Below are positions 9,990 to 26,157 of a DNA stretch of 64,000 nt, piece after piece. Both the position numbers and the translations under genes were made by a program. The DNA is from Antedon mediterranea. Taxonomy: Eukaryota > Animalia > Echinodermata. How positions within the stretch are numbered: position 1 is the first letter of the stretch; every line of letters starts with the position of its first letter. The notes beneath the pieces were generated by a model that was not told the origin of the DNA, searched no databases, and saw only the letters and a list, made by a program, of their open reading frames with translations. The stretch is taken from assembly GCF_964355755.1 (NCBI RefSeq), contig NC_092679.1, positions 5,486,201-5,550,200 on the forward strand, given 5' to 3'.

Positions 9990-11225
9990 AGAATTTTTAC
10001 TCGATGGTATATAAAGTTGGTTCGTACTTTCGGTACTGATTTTAACCACCTGATGTAACCCTGTTTACTAATTAAATTAAGTTAGATAATTAGTTATTGA
10101 CGATTAAAACGAATTTAGGTTCAACGATTTTCCTCAAATAGGGGTGTTTTCCGATCGTGGTATACACTGTCTAATGGATGTCCATCTTGAAAAATACCCG
10201 CCACAAAAATGCGAGGAGGCTTTGCATTTTCCTATCTCCTCCTATAATAGCTGAAAACCGGTTGAACAGCTAGAGTACACCATCATAATGTTGAAGACAG
10301 GCCGATTTTCCTTAAAAAATACTATTTTGATAGATTTAATATACGATTACAAATGTATTGGTTTGCGATGAATGGAACATCCCAATCTCTCAGTCTGCCA
10401 GAGTTTGGTTTAACACAAGTAGGTAAATTTATGAGCCCTTGGTTTAACACATACGGTAGGTAAATATATGGGCCCTTTGAGAATAAACTTGCAATACTTT
10501 GACAATACTGTAAATACCTATTAACTATGGTCCTCATTTGAATCGAACATTTCTTACTGTGAATGTTCGTACTGTTAGATGTAATATAAAAATATATACA
10601 AATAAACTTTATTACTGAGATTGTGATTAGGCTTCACTGGTAGATATATAAACACATTATTATATACAAATAAACTTTATACTGACAGTTCCCTCTCAAC
10701 GTTTGTATTAATTATTAATTAATAATTACCAATAATATAAACATCGTAGTGGTGTATCGTGACATGTACTTTAATATTTCAATCGATTATGACAGTGACA
10801 GTTTTAACAAAGTATTAAATCGCAAATGTTTTACTGTATTTAGAGGTATATTATTTATAGGCCTATATAACATGAACAAAATATTTCGTTACTGAGTGGA
10901 TAAAGAATATATTTAAAAATTGTTCCTCTTTGTACCTATCCGCTTTCCCACCCTTCAAACCTAATGTTACATACAAAACAAAAATTGGGTTTGTTATGAG
11001 TCCAAATCAAAAATTTGGACTCATTTTGTGATAAGTTTCTCCTTCGGAAGTAATTCCCAGGGTGCTAATTTTAGTTGACTACATAAATCATCGTGTCTAT
11101 TTATTCGTTTCTGTAAACGACAATGTATTATATAATAGTACATTTGAAATCGCCAGTTTTGTTACGCTGAAATTACTATGTATTCGAGAACCATCTGTGG
11201 GCACGACCATCTAGTATCCATAATT
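9990..11225. repeat. Duplicated intergenic block upstream of the + strand HAAF-like genes
   Basis: TACTCGATG...AAAGTTGGTTCGTACTTTCG...GGATGTCCATCTTGAAAAATACCCG...CTCAACGTTTGTATTAATT recurs at ~12353-13180 and ~35390-36055. Confidence 0.8.
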
Positions 11226-13404
11226 ATGCTTAAAAGTTTGTTTTTTTTGTCCTGTGTGGGTTCAAAAAAAGTTTATCTTGCTAGATTCGGTATACTGACA
11301 TCTGCTCCTGGTCTATATTTGTGTACTGTTAACGTATTATAGATTGCAACATTTTATCTCAATAGAATTTGTTCAAAACAAAATGTTCGACATTTCCTGA
11401 TGTTTCTCAAATTTAAAGATAGCACTGATGAGCGATAGTAGTCAAACTAATTATCTATTTAATGTACGTTTCGAGATGTTGATGTGAACAAACAGCCTGG
11501 TCCTATTTTGTTTACTGGTACAAACTTTCAACTGAATATAGGCCTTAGTTTGTATTGATGGTTATACATTAAAATACTTTAAACAACAGAACAAGTAATT
11601 AAGATTTAGTTAAGGTGGGTGCTAAATCACCCACTGTCCTTAAGCGATGTGGCTCTCCAAACATTCCTAAAATAAACTTAAAAACGTACTTAAAGATATA
11701 TTTTACATAGACCATTTAATGTCAAATAATAATATTCAGTTTTAGTTTTAAAAATCGAAAAAATAAATACTTACCATGATAAAACTTTAAGGGGTGGGGT
11801 CCGGGAGCCATATTCTATCGGAAACGAGTTTCAATGGTTATTATTATTATTTTATAAGCGAAATTGAATAAAGTGAATTCTACAAAGCTGCCTATTCAAA
11901 CGTTTATTTTTATGTTATGTTTGTATTGTCTTTACTGAAAGGAATTAAATAAAATAAAGTAATTATTCATCTTTATATTCTTCATCTTTACAATAAAGGG
12001 ACGTCAACATTAAGCTTCTCTCGTGCACCTACTATAAGTAAAAAACCACCGTAGGGGCCTATTTTTTGACAAAACAAATCCATACAATATTCATCACCTC
12101 AAACATTATATTTATTTCATGATTAAATTGAATTAAAGAAACATTTATATTTCCATCGTGATCTGTGTTAATAAGGTAAAACAATGTGTGTAAATAGCTA
12201 TTAGTCTCTGTAGTCATGTGCCAATCATATCAATTTTTGAAACTACCAAACATGAAAGGTAAATATTGCTATGATAAATATGAATCTTTATCACATTCAA
12301 AAACACAACATCGACAAAAACAATTGATGATATGATGTTATTTCTAGAATGCTTACTCGATGGTTTTTAAAGTTGGTTCGTACTTTCGGCACTGATTAAC
12401 GATGTGCCCCAAATAGGGGTTTTTTCGATCATTGCATACACTGTCTAATGGATGTCCATCTTGAAAAATACCCGCACACAATAATACGAGGATGCTCGCA
12501 TTTACCAATCTCCTTGATAGGTTTAATATACGTTTATACAAATATATTGATTTGCGATGAATGGAACCTTCCAATCTCTCAGTCACAATATAAATATTTA
12601 ATTTAACACAAGTAGGTAAATGTATGGGTCTTTGAGGATAAACTTAAAACCTTTAGATATAATATTGCAATACTTTGACAATACTGTAAATATGTATTTA
12701 CCATTTTTGGTCGTAATTTGAATCGCAAATTTCTTATAAACACATATAGAAATAAACTTTACTACTGTGAGTGTGGGAGGCCCTACTGTAAGATATATAA
12801 ACACATCATATACAAATAAACTTTATTACTGCCAGTTGCTTCTCAACGTTTGTATTAATTAATAATTACAAACAAATATAAACGTCATAGTGGTGTATCG
12901 TTACCATCCTGTATTCGACTAGAACATTCACAGTTTTAACAAAGTATTAAATTGCTCAATCCTAATGTTATATACAAAACACAAATTGGGTTTGTTTAAA
13001 TGAGTCCAAATACAAAATGTGGACTCATTTTTCTTTTTCCGGAAGTAATTCCCAGGGTGCTAATTTTAGTTGACTATATAAATCATCCTGTCTATTTATT
13101 CTTTTCTGTTCCTGCGATACGTACTTTTACAAAAACAGTTTTTTTACGCTGAAATTACTGTGTATTCGAGAACCATCTAGTTGGTAATAATTATCTGCAG
13201 GGAATATAGAGATAAATTAAGACATATCAAAAACAATACTCAACACAATTCTAAAGTATTATTGATATTAGGAATATTATTTTTGTTATCATTTTTATCA
13301 ATTCTACCATATGGTTCAATCTTCAAAATTTAGGTAAATATTGCTATGATAAATTTAGGAATATTTATCATCCGAAGGCACGACATCGACAACAAAATTA
13401 ATTA

Positions 13405-13585
13405 ATCAAACGTCACTTGATGATATGAAATGTATTGCAGTTAAATAAATGAATTGATAATACTTATATTATCTGTGAATTGAGATAAATAAAGGTATAT
13501 AACAAGCTGATATTATTCAACACAATATTCAGCACAATACAAGTTCTGAAAAGTATTTGGTTGTTCCAGTGGCTAGTATGTAAGT
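13405..13585 (+). promoter_or_regulatory. Putative core promoter (TATA 13496-13502) and non-coding exon 1 ending at the GTAAGT donor at 13580
   Basis: The GTATATAA...CAACACAAT...ACAAGTTCTGA...GTAAGTAG layout is conserved upstream of all three + genes (TATA 23158/donor 23239; TATA 37650/donor 37719). Each ATG is preceded by an AG acceptor 4 nt upstream. Confidence 0.65.
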
Positions 13586-14219
13586 AGAGGCTAGTTTAGG
13601 ACTAGGACTTTTTTCTGTCTCTGTGGCTTGAACCATTTTCATTCCTTCGTTCATTCAATCTCATTCAATGAATTTCAAGTTAATCAGTACGATAATAATG
13701 TGTGGTACATCAGCAATCTTCATCCATTCCAATTATTATGATTTTACATTTTTCGTAATTTTCGTATATAAATCATTTTATCCATGATATTTCGTATATA
13801 GAATATTAAAAATAACCCTGTATAGAAACAAAGACCAAAAATCATTCATTCATAAAATGACGTGTTAGTTTCTTGACAGTTGCCTAAAGTTAGAAAAATG
13901 ACGTGATTCTCATACAGACAGTAAGCGAGTTGGCCAATCACAAGCGACAACTCGGATAATCCATCGCTTGTGATTGGCTAAATCACTTGTGGTGCGCTTA
14001 CGTCCTTGCGTTGCGTCCTGGTGGGAACAAAGCATTAGGTTCAGTGACATGTAAAACTATGTCGCTCGACTTAATTGGTGGGTGTGGTGTGCTGGCGCTG
14101 AAGTTTAGCCACAACCTAATAATCAGGTAATATACATTGACGTGTTGCGGCCAGACAACAAAATAAAAAGCTTAACAAATAGAGATACTAGATAGAGAGT
14201 TCTCCCGCTTCTTTTTTAA

Positions 14220-14396
14220 GCTTGGTTCCCACTAGAACGTAACGCAAGAACGTAAACGCAACGCAAGCGTTTTAACCAATGACAAGCGAAGTTATAGACA
14301 GTTAGCAATCACAAGCGAATAAGCCATCGCTTGTGATTGGTCAATTCACTTGCGTTGCGTTACGTCCTTGCGTTGCGTCGCTAGTGGGAACCACGC
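14220..14396. mobile_element. MITE family 2 (probably Harbinger-like), TTAA-flanked
   Basis: TIRs GCTTGGTTCCCACTAG / CTAGTGGGAACCACGC with TTAA on both sides; absent at the paralogous site ~23877-23880. Other copies or fragments at ~8370-8490, 9255-9325, 13915-14035, 23575-23690, 40137-40280. Confidence 0.85.
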
Positions 14397-14539
14397 TTAA
14401 ATGAGGACACTGTCCTTATAAACTGTTATGTAACTTCGTGGTCTAGTTTATGTTTCCCGCGGCCGGAATTGTTATAGAATGTCCATAAGTGCGTTTCGAA
14501 TACTCTACTAACTATTTTTCAATTTGTTTTCTTAGAAAA

Positions 14540-17294
<2,755 letters not shown>

Positions 17295-18783
17295 ACTCTC
17301 ACAAAACTAAATGAAAGTTATCAACAATTTCAGAGAAACTATCGAAATAATAAAGTATCGTTATAATAATAGCACGTAATGGCTACTCGCTTTAATTAAG
17401 TTTGATTCTTTAAATGGTAAAAGTACAATGATTAATTAAAGAAACAAAGACGAATTATATAATTTTGCATGAATGTTTTTTTATTATTTGTTATTATGCG
17501 GTGATTTAATAGTGGCATATCTAGCTGGCTGATGCTCACCAACTTTGATGTCGAATCAAGACAGCGTTGTTTCCTTGTCAAATTTTCAATTTGACAAGTT
17601 ACAAAATATCTTACTGTAACATAATACGTATTTGACAAACTTTAAATTATAAACATTTAAAACAAGCACCACCAATAATGCACATTTGGCGTTTTATTGT
17701 AAATAAAGTTTCGGGCTCTACTATACAATCTTGCATGTTTGGTTTGTTTGTTGTCTACGCGACAACGTTTTCATATAACACTTTTAACCAGTTACAAAAG
17801 AACATTCCAAAATTAAACTTTTTTCAAACATCGAACATAAAATCTCTACAAATAGAATCAAAAGCCTTCTTAAAATTTAAGGTAATTATTGCCCACAATG
17901 ATTAATAAAATGAAACCAAGACGAATTATATAATTTGCATGAATGTTTTTGTTTTGATGCGGTGATTTAATAGTGGCATATCTAGCTGGCTGATGCTCAC
18001 CAACTCTAATGTCGAATCAGATAGTGCACCGCCAATATAATGCGCATTTGGCATTTTATAATAAATAAATTTTAATTGTAAACACAGATTTATCAGAACC
18101 TTCTTACGCTACCTTTTTGATAAATTTTACTGTCCATGATTCAACCGACCTTTGAGTCACTCTCACGCATTTTTTGGTTGGCTAGCAACCACGCAGCGCC
18201 ACATACAGTCACAACGCGTCGTGACGTAAACACCGCAGAACTCTATTGAAATTCAAGAAAATCGGTTCATTAAATAACCTCACAAATAAAAAAAAAAAAT
18301 TGTTTTTTAACATGGGCCGAAATATCAACATGCGCCCTCTGTGGCCGGCAATATGCTTTTGCTATTTGCTAATTAGGCCTACTTCACTCAGTTTCTGAGC
18401 GCTTTCATCGAAAAATTATTTTCTTGTTAGTTTCAAGTAAATCCAAACAAATTAATACAGATACGATGTTTTAGTTTTCTTTTCATTTATTATTCATTTA
18501 ATTATGCTAACATTAGTTTACATATGAATCTCTCATTTTGTAATTTATAAAATTTCCTTTTTTATTAAACCAACTATCGAAACTGAATAACTACAGTAGC
18601 TGAGTTGATAAACCAGAAATAGAGACCAAAAACGTAAGTTTCTCATTTGTATTCTCATTTTATCAAAAAAAAGAAAATTATATAAAATAGTATGGGCCTA
18701 TAAAACATTTTAATTGATCCGTTTATTCTTATTAAGGTCTCTTACTAAGGTGTATCAATATACCATTCAAGTAGTTTCTGTTG

Positions 18784-18826
18784 TCAAAGTTTAGTTTCAC
18801 AAACGTTGTATTGCCATCTTCTATCC
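18784..18826 (-). pseudogene. Orphan last exon of a minus-type HAAF-like gene
   Basis: TTTTTAG|G GAT AGA AGA TGG CAA TAC AAC GTT TGT GAA ACT AAA CTT TGA (DRRWQYNVCETKL*); flanks are homologous to 3350-3730. Confidence 0.8.
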
Positions 18827-19219
18827 CTAAAAAGACAAAATCATTAAAAAATGGTAGCAAACGGTATTACGGTAATCAATTATTAGGCATCAATAAACAT
18901 CTTGGATAATCTTTTCACCAGAAGACAGTCGGTGTATTTTGAACCATACATTTTTAACAGCTAGGTGCGGGCAAAAAAAATCCATTGATCATACATTCCA
19001 ATAATTATCGATCTATAGTTTCCCTCAAAATACACAGTAAAATCTCTATTTCATTAAAATGTTGTAAATAGTATTTTTATTTTCATGCTATAGCAAAAAT
19101 TATCCACCGTATATCCACCATCTTTTTTCACCTTCTAGAGAGTCACCAGACATGTTATTACATTAGGTTAAACTACCTAACTACTGAAAAAAAGTCCTCC
19201 TGGTTTTTATAGCAGAAAT

Positions 19220-19900
19220 TTGCCATTTTTCGTCTTGATTTCCATTACAAATATTTGATTTATGTACAATTAACCAGCTATTATATTTGTCACATTTGTG
19301 ACATATTGTGGATTCGAATTTTTGCGGGCATTCATTTATTTTGTGACCATGACGGCCATATTCAAAGCATTTAATTTCAAACTGTTGATCTTTGTGGAAG
19401 AATCTTGCGGTAAAATTGTTAAATTTTGAAAATCGTAGAAGGCTTCCTTTAAAAGGCTCAACAAAAGCCACGCGATCTTTGAGAAAACGTGAAAGTTTTC
19501 CATTTATCCTGAATTTTATAAATTGGATGTCGCTTAGGATCTTACTCCCCAATTTTTTTTAAAGAATCAGTGATTTCTTCGTTCCTTACTGAAGGTGGTA
19601 TGTCTTTCACCAGAATTCTAACTCCGTGTTCCTCGTTGAGATATGGGTTGATATCATGTAGGCCTACGTTAATGTGTTTGTCGTTGATGTAATTATTGCT
19701 TTAACACGTACAGTACGATTATTAACATAAATTCGCCATAGATTTTTGACTTTTAGAGCTCCGATAAAATGATCACAGTTAATTACATCTTTCAGTGCAA
19801 AATATATAAACTCTTCTTTTAAATACTCCTCACCTTTTTTCTAATATAGTCATCCTTCACGAACACAGGCTTGACGTTTTGATTGGTTTCGTTTTTGACC
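19220..19900 (-). mobile_element. Degenerate L1/Tx1-like LINE ORF1 fragment
   Basis: Decayed zinc knuckle (KCFEYGRHGHKINECP...CHKC) and ORF1-like upstream peptide, broken by frameshifts and stops. Confidence 0.55.
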
Positions 19901-20391
19901 ATGGCAACAAGCGATTTTGACAACAATGGTAAGCAGAGCCAGTTAATTGAAGCGTAAACAAGGTGACGGTGATTTAGGCTGTTGTTAGGGTAAACAAATG
20001 CACTTACTTCTGATTGTATGCTGATGATGTATTTGCGTACTCTTTGACCTGGCTTTAAAACGAATAAATCTTACTTCTTCAGATTTCCAAATAGCGATTC
20101 CTTGTTTGATTATATGTTACTTATACATTTACAAAACACGACAACTATTAGTGCAAGAAATTATAGCGTTTGGTCTTTTGCTCCTTCACCTTTTATTTCA
20201 ATAAACTAGCTGAGTTGATAAACCAGAAATAGAGACCAAAAACGTAAGTTTCTCATTTTTATTCTCATTTTATCAAAAAAGAAAATTATATAAAATAGTA
20301 TGGGCCTATAAAACATTTTAATTGATCCGTTTATTCTTATTAAGGTCTCTTACTGAGGTGTATCAATATACTATTCAGGTATATTCTGTTG

Positions 20392-20437
20392 TCAACGTTT
20401 AGTTTCACAAACGTTGTTGTATTGCCATCTTCTATTC
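20392..20437 (-). pseudogene. Second orphan last exon of a minus-type HAAF-like gene
   Basis: NRRWQYNNVCETKR*; lies within a ~0.65-kb direct duplication (18598-19220 vs 20208-20925). Confidence 0.8.
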
Positions 20438-20932
20438 CTAAAAAGACAAAATCATTAAAAATGGTAGCAAACGGTATTACGGTTATCAATTATCAGGCAT
20501 CAATAAATATCTTGGATAATCTTTTCACCAGAAGACAGTCAGTGTATTTTGAACCATATATTTTTAACGGCTAGGTGCGGGCAAAAAAATTCCATTGATC
20601 ATACATTCCAATAATTATCGATCTATAGTTTCCCCTATGTTTCATAATTGTTGGGATTTTATTTGTGTTACACCAGCTTGTTGAAAATAAGCACTTCCTT
20701 ATCAGTAGGGGGATAGTTCAAATTACACAGTAAAATCTCTATTTCATTCAAATGTTGTAAATAGTATTTTTATTCAACTTCAGAGTTTTATTTTCATGGT
20801 ATAGCAAAAAAAAAACGTATATCCACCATCTTTCTTCACCTTCTAGAGAGTTAAACATGTTATTACATTAGATTAAACTATCTAACTACTGAAAAAAAGC
20901 CTTCCTGGTTTTTATAGCTGAATTTTCAAAAT

Positions 20933-21300
20933 CTAGTCTCCACCAAAGGCTTACACAAAATGTGTACGCAAGCCCGAATGTGCGATACTCGGGATACAGC
21001 AAAAGAAGCTGTAATGACGTCATAAAACTGGATGTGACGTCACATACACGTCAATAACCTCGCTACCAAATAGTTTACGGCTATACGAGTACCATCTTCG
21101 AGACGTCATATGGCTGCATCCGGTTTGATATTTAAAAATCTATAGCTTTGAGGACATGTCCCTGTAGTATATTCATGCCAAATCCTAGCTCAATACTACA
21201 ACGTATAAGGCAGGAGTAGTACTTTATAAATCGCACTTTTTACTCAGTAGTGTCGGATGGAAGATGAGAGAGTCCTAGACTCGGGTACCCCGAGCAAAAA
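20933..21300 (-). mobile_element. Second HINE/Helentron-like non-autonomous element
   Basis: Terminal palindrome CTCGGGTACCCCGAG, subterminal CTCGGGATAC, hairpin GGCTTACACAAAATGTGTACGCAAGCC and CTAG end; near-copy at ~46240-46530. Confidence 0.55.
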
Positions 21301-21602
21301 GATAAAAGGAAACATACTACATCTTCAATAAGCTAATAGTAGTTCTCAGGGTGCTAAATTTAGTTGACTATATAAATCATCCTGTCTATTTATTCTTTTC
21401 TGTTCCTGCGATACGTACATTTACAAAAACAGTTTTTACGCTGAAATTACTGTGTATTCGAGAACCATCTAGTTGGTAATAATTATCTGCAGGGAATATA
21501 GAGATAAATTAAGGCATATCGAACACAATATTTAACACAAGTTCTAACGTATTATTGATATTATGAACATTATTTTTTTAATCATTTTTATCAATTCCAC
21601 CA

Positions 21603-22970
21603 TCTATATATAAATTATGGTTAATTCTGTCATAGGCGAGCACAATGCAAAAACTTCGGTACAAATCTCCGCCTTGGATACCTACCTTATCTATCTCAGA
21701 TGTACCCCGAAACGTAGATTTTATAACATTAGTGTTCAGTTTGACCAGGGAGTTGTAAAATTTTACAACTCCCTGGTTTGACGCTATTGTTCCATATTTC
21801 TATCTTAGGAAGATATTATAAAGAGTTTTTTAACAAAATTTACGATTTCAACAGTAGATTTTCAACTCAATTTCAATTCTTCGCGGTCAAAGTAATTTCC
21901 GGGTTTACGATAAGTTCACCTTGCAACAACCTGGTTTCAACTATTTTCTCTCTTTTATACACAACAAGGGAGCAGTTAAAATAATAGATTTGACCCTAAA
22001 GATGACTGGAAACAAGCACTTTCCATCAATCAATACAGTGTCCCTTTGGAAGACGAAAAAAAAATCAGATAGTAGGACTGGAGCTTAAGTTGGCCATCCA
22101 TTAGTCATAGCCATTTCAGTTTTTTGTTTATTTTAAAACATACCGCGCGTGTGTGAAGGTACAGTAGTTAAAAAATAGAAATTATACTGCAAATTAACAA
22201 AGATCAAATTAAATATACGCCATATAAAGAATCGGAATATATTGTGGGGAATAGTATTATAAAATTACATAGGGAGATTTGATGATAGGGATATTTTGTT
22301 TAAAATCGAGTGAAATCCCGATAGCTGAGTTTTATTAAGTAAGCTGGCAGGAATAACTGTAGGCTACCGTATCTTCCTGTGTCCCGTTAGGACCGAGATG
22401 TTTGCCTATGTTGCAAGCCGTAATGTCTTCTTTCTTGGGCCCACTCTGTCACGGCAGTTAGTTTCAAAAGATGTTTAAATTAAATAATGTATTAATAATT
22501 ATTAGGATGGTATTTATTTGAATAAACGCTTCTCCAATAAAACATCACTTTGAATAATAATCCCCCCCCCCCACCCCCAACCCAACTATCTAATAAACGT
22601 CCATTCACATTTATAATAACACAATTATACTATTTGTAGTAGAATTCATCATCTATTAGAGGATTTGATTTGATTATAAATGTTACCATTTATTATTAAA
22701 ACTAAAAAATTTAACATATATCTCTCGAATAAGCACCTCCCCCAAATGAACTCCGCCTCCCCAAAGGGCTCTACCAAACAATAAAAACTATACTTTAAAA
22801 TGTTATTAATCATCTAAGACACTGTGAAACAAAGTAGTTTAGTTTTACGAATGTCAAGCATTTTCAATAATGGTAACCGACAGAAAACGTGCAAGGAGAA
22901 CATTATCATTCCGAGAACCATCGTCTACACTTCCTAGAGGGGGAGCGAGCGAAGCGAGCTCACCCTCTAG
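21603..22970 (+). mobile_element. Non-autonomous Helitron
   Basis: Starts TCTATATATA after an A; ends with the hairpin CTAGAGGGGGAGCGAGCGAAGCGAGCTCACCCTCTAG; no TSD. The paralogous empty site is at ~13307-13320 (CCATATGGTTCAAT). Confidence 0.8.
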
Positions 22971-24023
22971 GATGGTTCAATTTTTCAAAATTTAGGTAAA
23001 TATTGCTATGATAAATTTAGGAATCTTTATCATCCGAAGGCACGACATCGACAACAAAATTAATTAATTAAACGTCACTTGATTATATGAAACGTATTGC
23101 AGTTAAATAAATGAATTGATAATACTTATATTATCTGTGAATTGAGATAAATAAATGTATATAACAAGCTGATGTTATTCAACACAATATTCAGCACAAT
23201 ACAAGTTCTGACAATTTGGTTGTTCCAGTGGCTAGTGTGTAAGTAGAGGCTAGTTTTAGTACTAGGACTTTTTTTCTGTCTCTGTGGCTTGAACCATTTT
23301 CATTCCTTCGTTCATTCAATCTCATTCAATGAATTTCAAGTTAATCAGTAATAGTGTGTGGTACATCAGCAAAATTCATATCCATTCCAATATGATTCTA
23401 CATTTTTCGTAATTTTCGTATATAAATCATTTTTTAATTTTTATCCATTATATTTCGTATATAAAATTTCAAAAATAACCCTGTATAGAAATAAAGTTTA
23501 AAAAAATAATTTATTCATAAAATGACGTTTTAGTTTCTTGACAGTTGCCTAAAGTTAGAATATGACAAGCAAGCGTGATTCTCCTAGAGACGCAACGTAA
23601 GCGAGTTGACCAATCACAAGCGACAACTCGGATAATCCATCGCTTGTGATTGGCCAAATCACTTGCGTTGCGTCCTAGTGGGAACAAAGCATTAGGTTCA
23701 GTGGCATGTAGAACTCTGTCGCTCGTCTTAATTGGTGGGTGTGGTGTGCTAGCGCTGAATAGAGTTTAGCCACACCCTAATAATCAGGTAATATACATTG
23801 ACGTGTTGCGGCCAGACAAGAAACTAAAACGCTTAACAAAATAGAGATACTAGATAGAGAGTTCTCCCTCTTCCTTTTAAATGAAGACACTGTCCTTATA
23901 AACTGTTATGTAACTTCGTGGTCTAGTTTATGTTTCCCGCGGCCGGAATTGTTATAAAATTAATGTCCATAAGTGCGTTTCGAATACTCTACTAACTATT
24001 TTTCAATTTGTTTTCTTAGAAAA

Positions 24024-26157
24024 ATGAAGGGTATTACAGGTTTGTTTGCGCTTCTCATGATCAATCACGTGATTGCCGGTTGGCAGACCTCGTATGACGC
24101 AGAATTTACATTTACGTGTCCAACTGGTCAGGTTATATATAAAGTTAGGTCACAGCATTCTAACAGCAGAGAAGACAGGCAGTTTGAATTCTTCTGCAGG
24201 TAAATTCCTATTCAAGTTTATTGATAGCAAATGTAATGAGGGAGAGAACAGAAAAGGCGGTGTTATTGTATGAACACATTTTTCCGAATCACCAAATTTT
24301 TATAATGCATTATACATTTCAATCTTTAACGTGAGACCGATTCTGTTATTATCTAAGCTAAGTATCTTTTGTTTGTTTGTTTGTTTTATCTTTATACTGG
24401 GTGACCTTTTCAGTCAAAGACTGATCCCCCAGAGGGCCCAGATCAGTGGCTGTGATGTACTAATACACCGGGGTAACCCCCTACTCGTCTCGAAAGATGT
24501 ACTAGGTTCTTTAAAGTGCACACGAGCAAGTTGATTGGCCTATGTTTTGAAATATGGAGTTACACTCTTTTAATTGTATCTATTTATGTACAGAGATTTC
24601 TCAGGATTAATTGGTACTCCTACTCAATGCGCATGGACTGGTTATATTAACGAATATCATCAACCTTTCACTGCAAATTGTCCCTTTGACGGTGTTATTG
24701 TTGGCGTAAATAGTGAACATTCCAACAGCAAAGAGGATCGAATGTAAGTAGTATTTTGATGAAACATTATCGTAGATTTTTTGCTGAAAGTAATATAGGC
24801 ATACTGTACAATAAAACGTGAATGTTTATATATTTAACGTCAATTATAATGACCTACATCCCCCCCCCCCCCCACACACACACACACTTTCCTGTGAAAC
24901 AAAACACTAAACATTCATATTATAGTAAGGGTTCAACTAAACGTCTGTTTTGTGACGGGTTCCGGTGTTGTCTTGTTTTGTGTGTGTGTGTGTGTGTGTG
25001 TGTTTTGGGGTTTTTTTTTAGTTTATGGGCTGCAGCACACAAGTTTTGCTTTTTTACGGATTTTTTTCGCTGTTAACCAAATTATTGTAATTTTATTACT
25101 TATTTTTGACTTTGAATAATCTGATCAATTGAGACAAACGGCAATAAATAATTATATTAATTATAATTATGTTCGACCCTACGAAACATTATCACAGTAC
25201 GTGTAGCATGAACCGAACAGACACAATATTCAATTGTTTTCCTGTTGTTATAGATGGAAATTGAAATGTTGTCAGAGTTCTGCCTATAAGTATAATGCAA
25301 TCAACTGCTACGACACACCTCTTATCAACGATTGGAATGACTTTCACCAATTTACTACACCCACTGGATACATCATCCATGGTGCAGATGGCGTGCATGA
25401 CAACAGCATGAAGTAAGTATACTGTCACAGCAAAGTAATCTAACAACAGGTGGATGCCTGAGTTCAGAGATTACAATGGTTTAAAGTCCCATTCCCTACG
25501 TTTTTTAGATCTAGTTTAATGTCACAAACTACAGTTAATGTAAAAATAAATACTATATGGTCAACTGTTAAATTTTTTTTAAATAAGACGATTCTAATCA
25601 TTTAAGCGGCCCGCTATAAATCCCAACATGCATTGCGTCCGGATTGATAATTTCGTTTTTCTTCTGTAATTCACTCACTTTTCGATCGATAGTGAGGCCA
25701 AAACAAATGGAAGACTCCAAACTTTTTAGCTAAATTACCGAATTTCCCCAATTTGTATCAACGGATTCTGGCAAAAACAGAAAGACAATTAATGCAGCAA
25801 CTATACAACGTCAGGCTAGCGATGTTCGTACGTTACCGATGTTTACCAGCTAGGCCTACAAGACTTACAATAACAGCCTACTGTTGATATTTATCGCAGC
25901 CCAGACAAAGATAAAATGTTCCTTTCATCTTGACAAAGCGCGTTCCTACTCAGTGGGAACCAACCAAGCTATGTAATATTAAATACATTTTTAGCTGTTG
26001 GATATAATATATTATTTTAATATCAAACGCAATCAATGTCTATACATTTAGTTAGGTTTAATTGTTTTATGTTAGCTCTATTAATAAAGTTTCGTTTGTA
26101 TTTGTGTTTTTTAGGGATAAAAGATGGAGGTACAACGTCTGTCAGGCACGGCGGTAG
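24024..26157 (+). CDS. Dermatopontin/HAAF-like secreted protein, 175 aa; recent duplicate of 14540-17294
   Basis: Coding exons 24024-24199, 24594-24743, 25254-25412, 26115-26157 with GT-AG introns and an open frame ending KDKRWRYNVCQARR*. Introns and upstream region align with the 13-17 kb copy. Confidence 0.88.

Noticed and set aside
19181-19552. 123-aa ORF as a host zinc-finger gene
   Set aside because: Non-ATG start, broken knuckle and upstream frameshifts; better explained as a decayed LINE ORF1.
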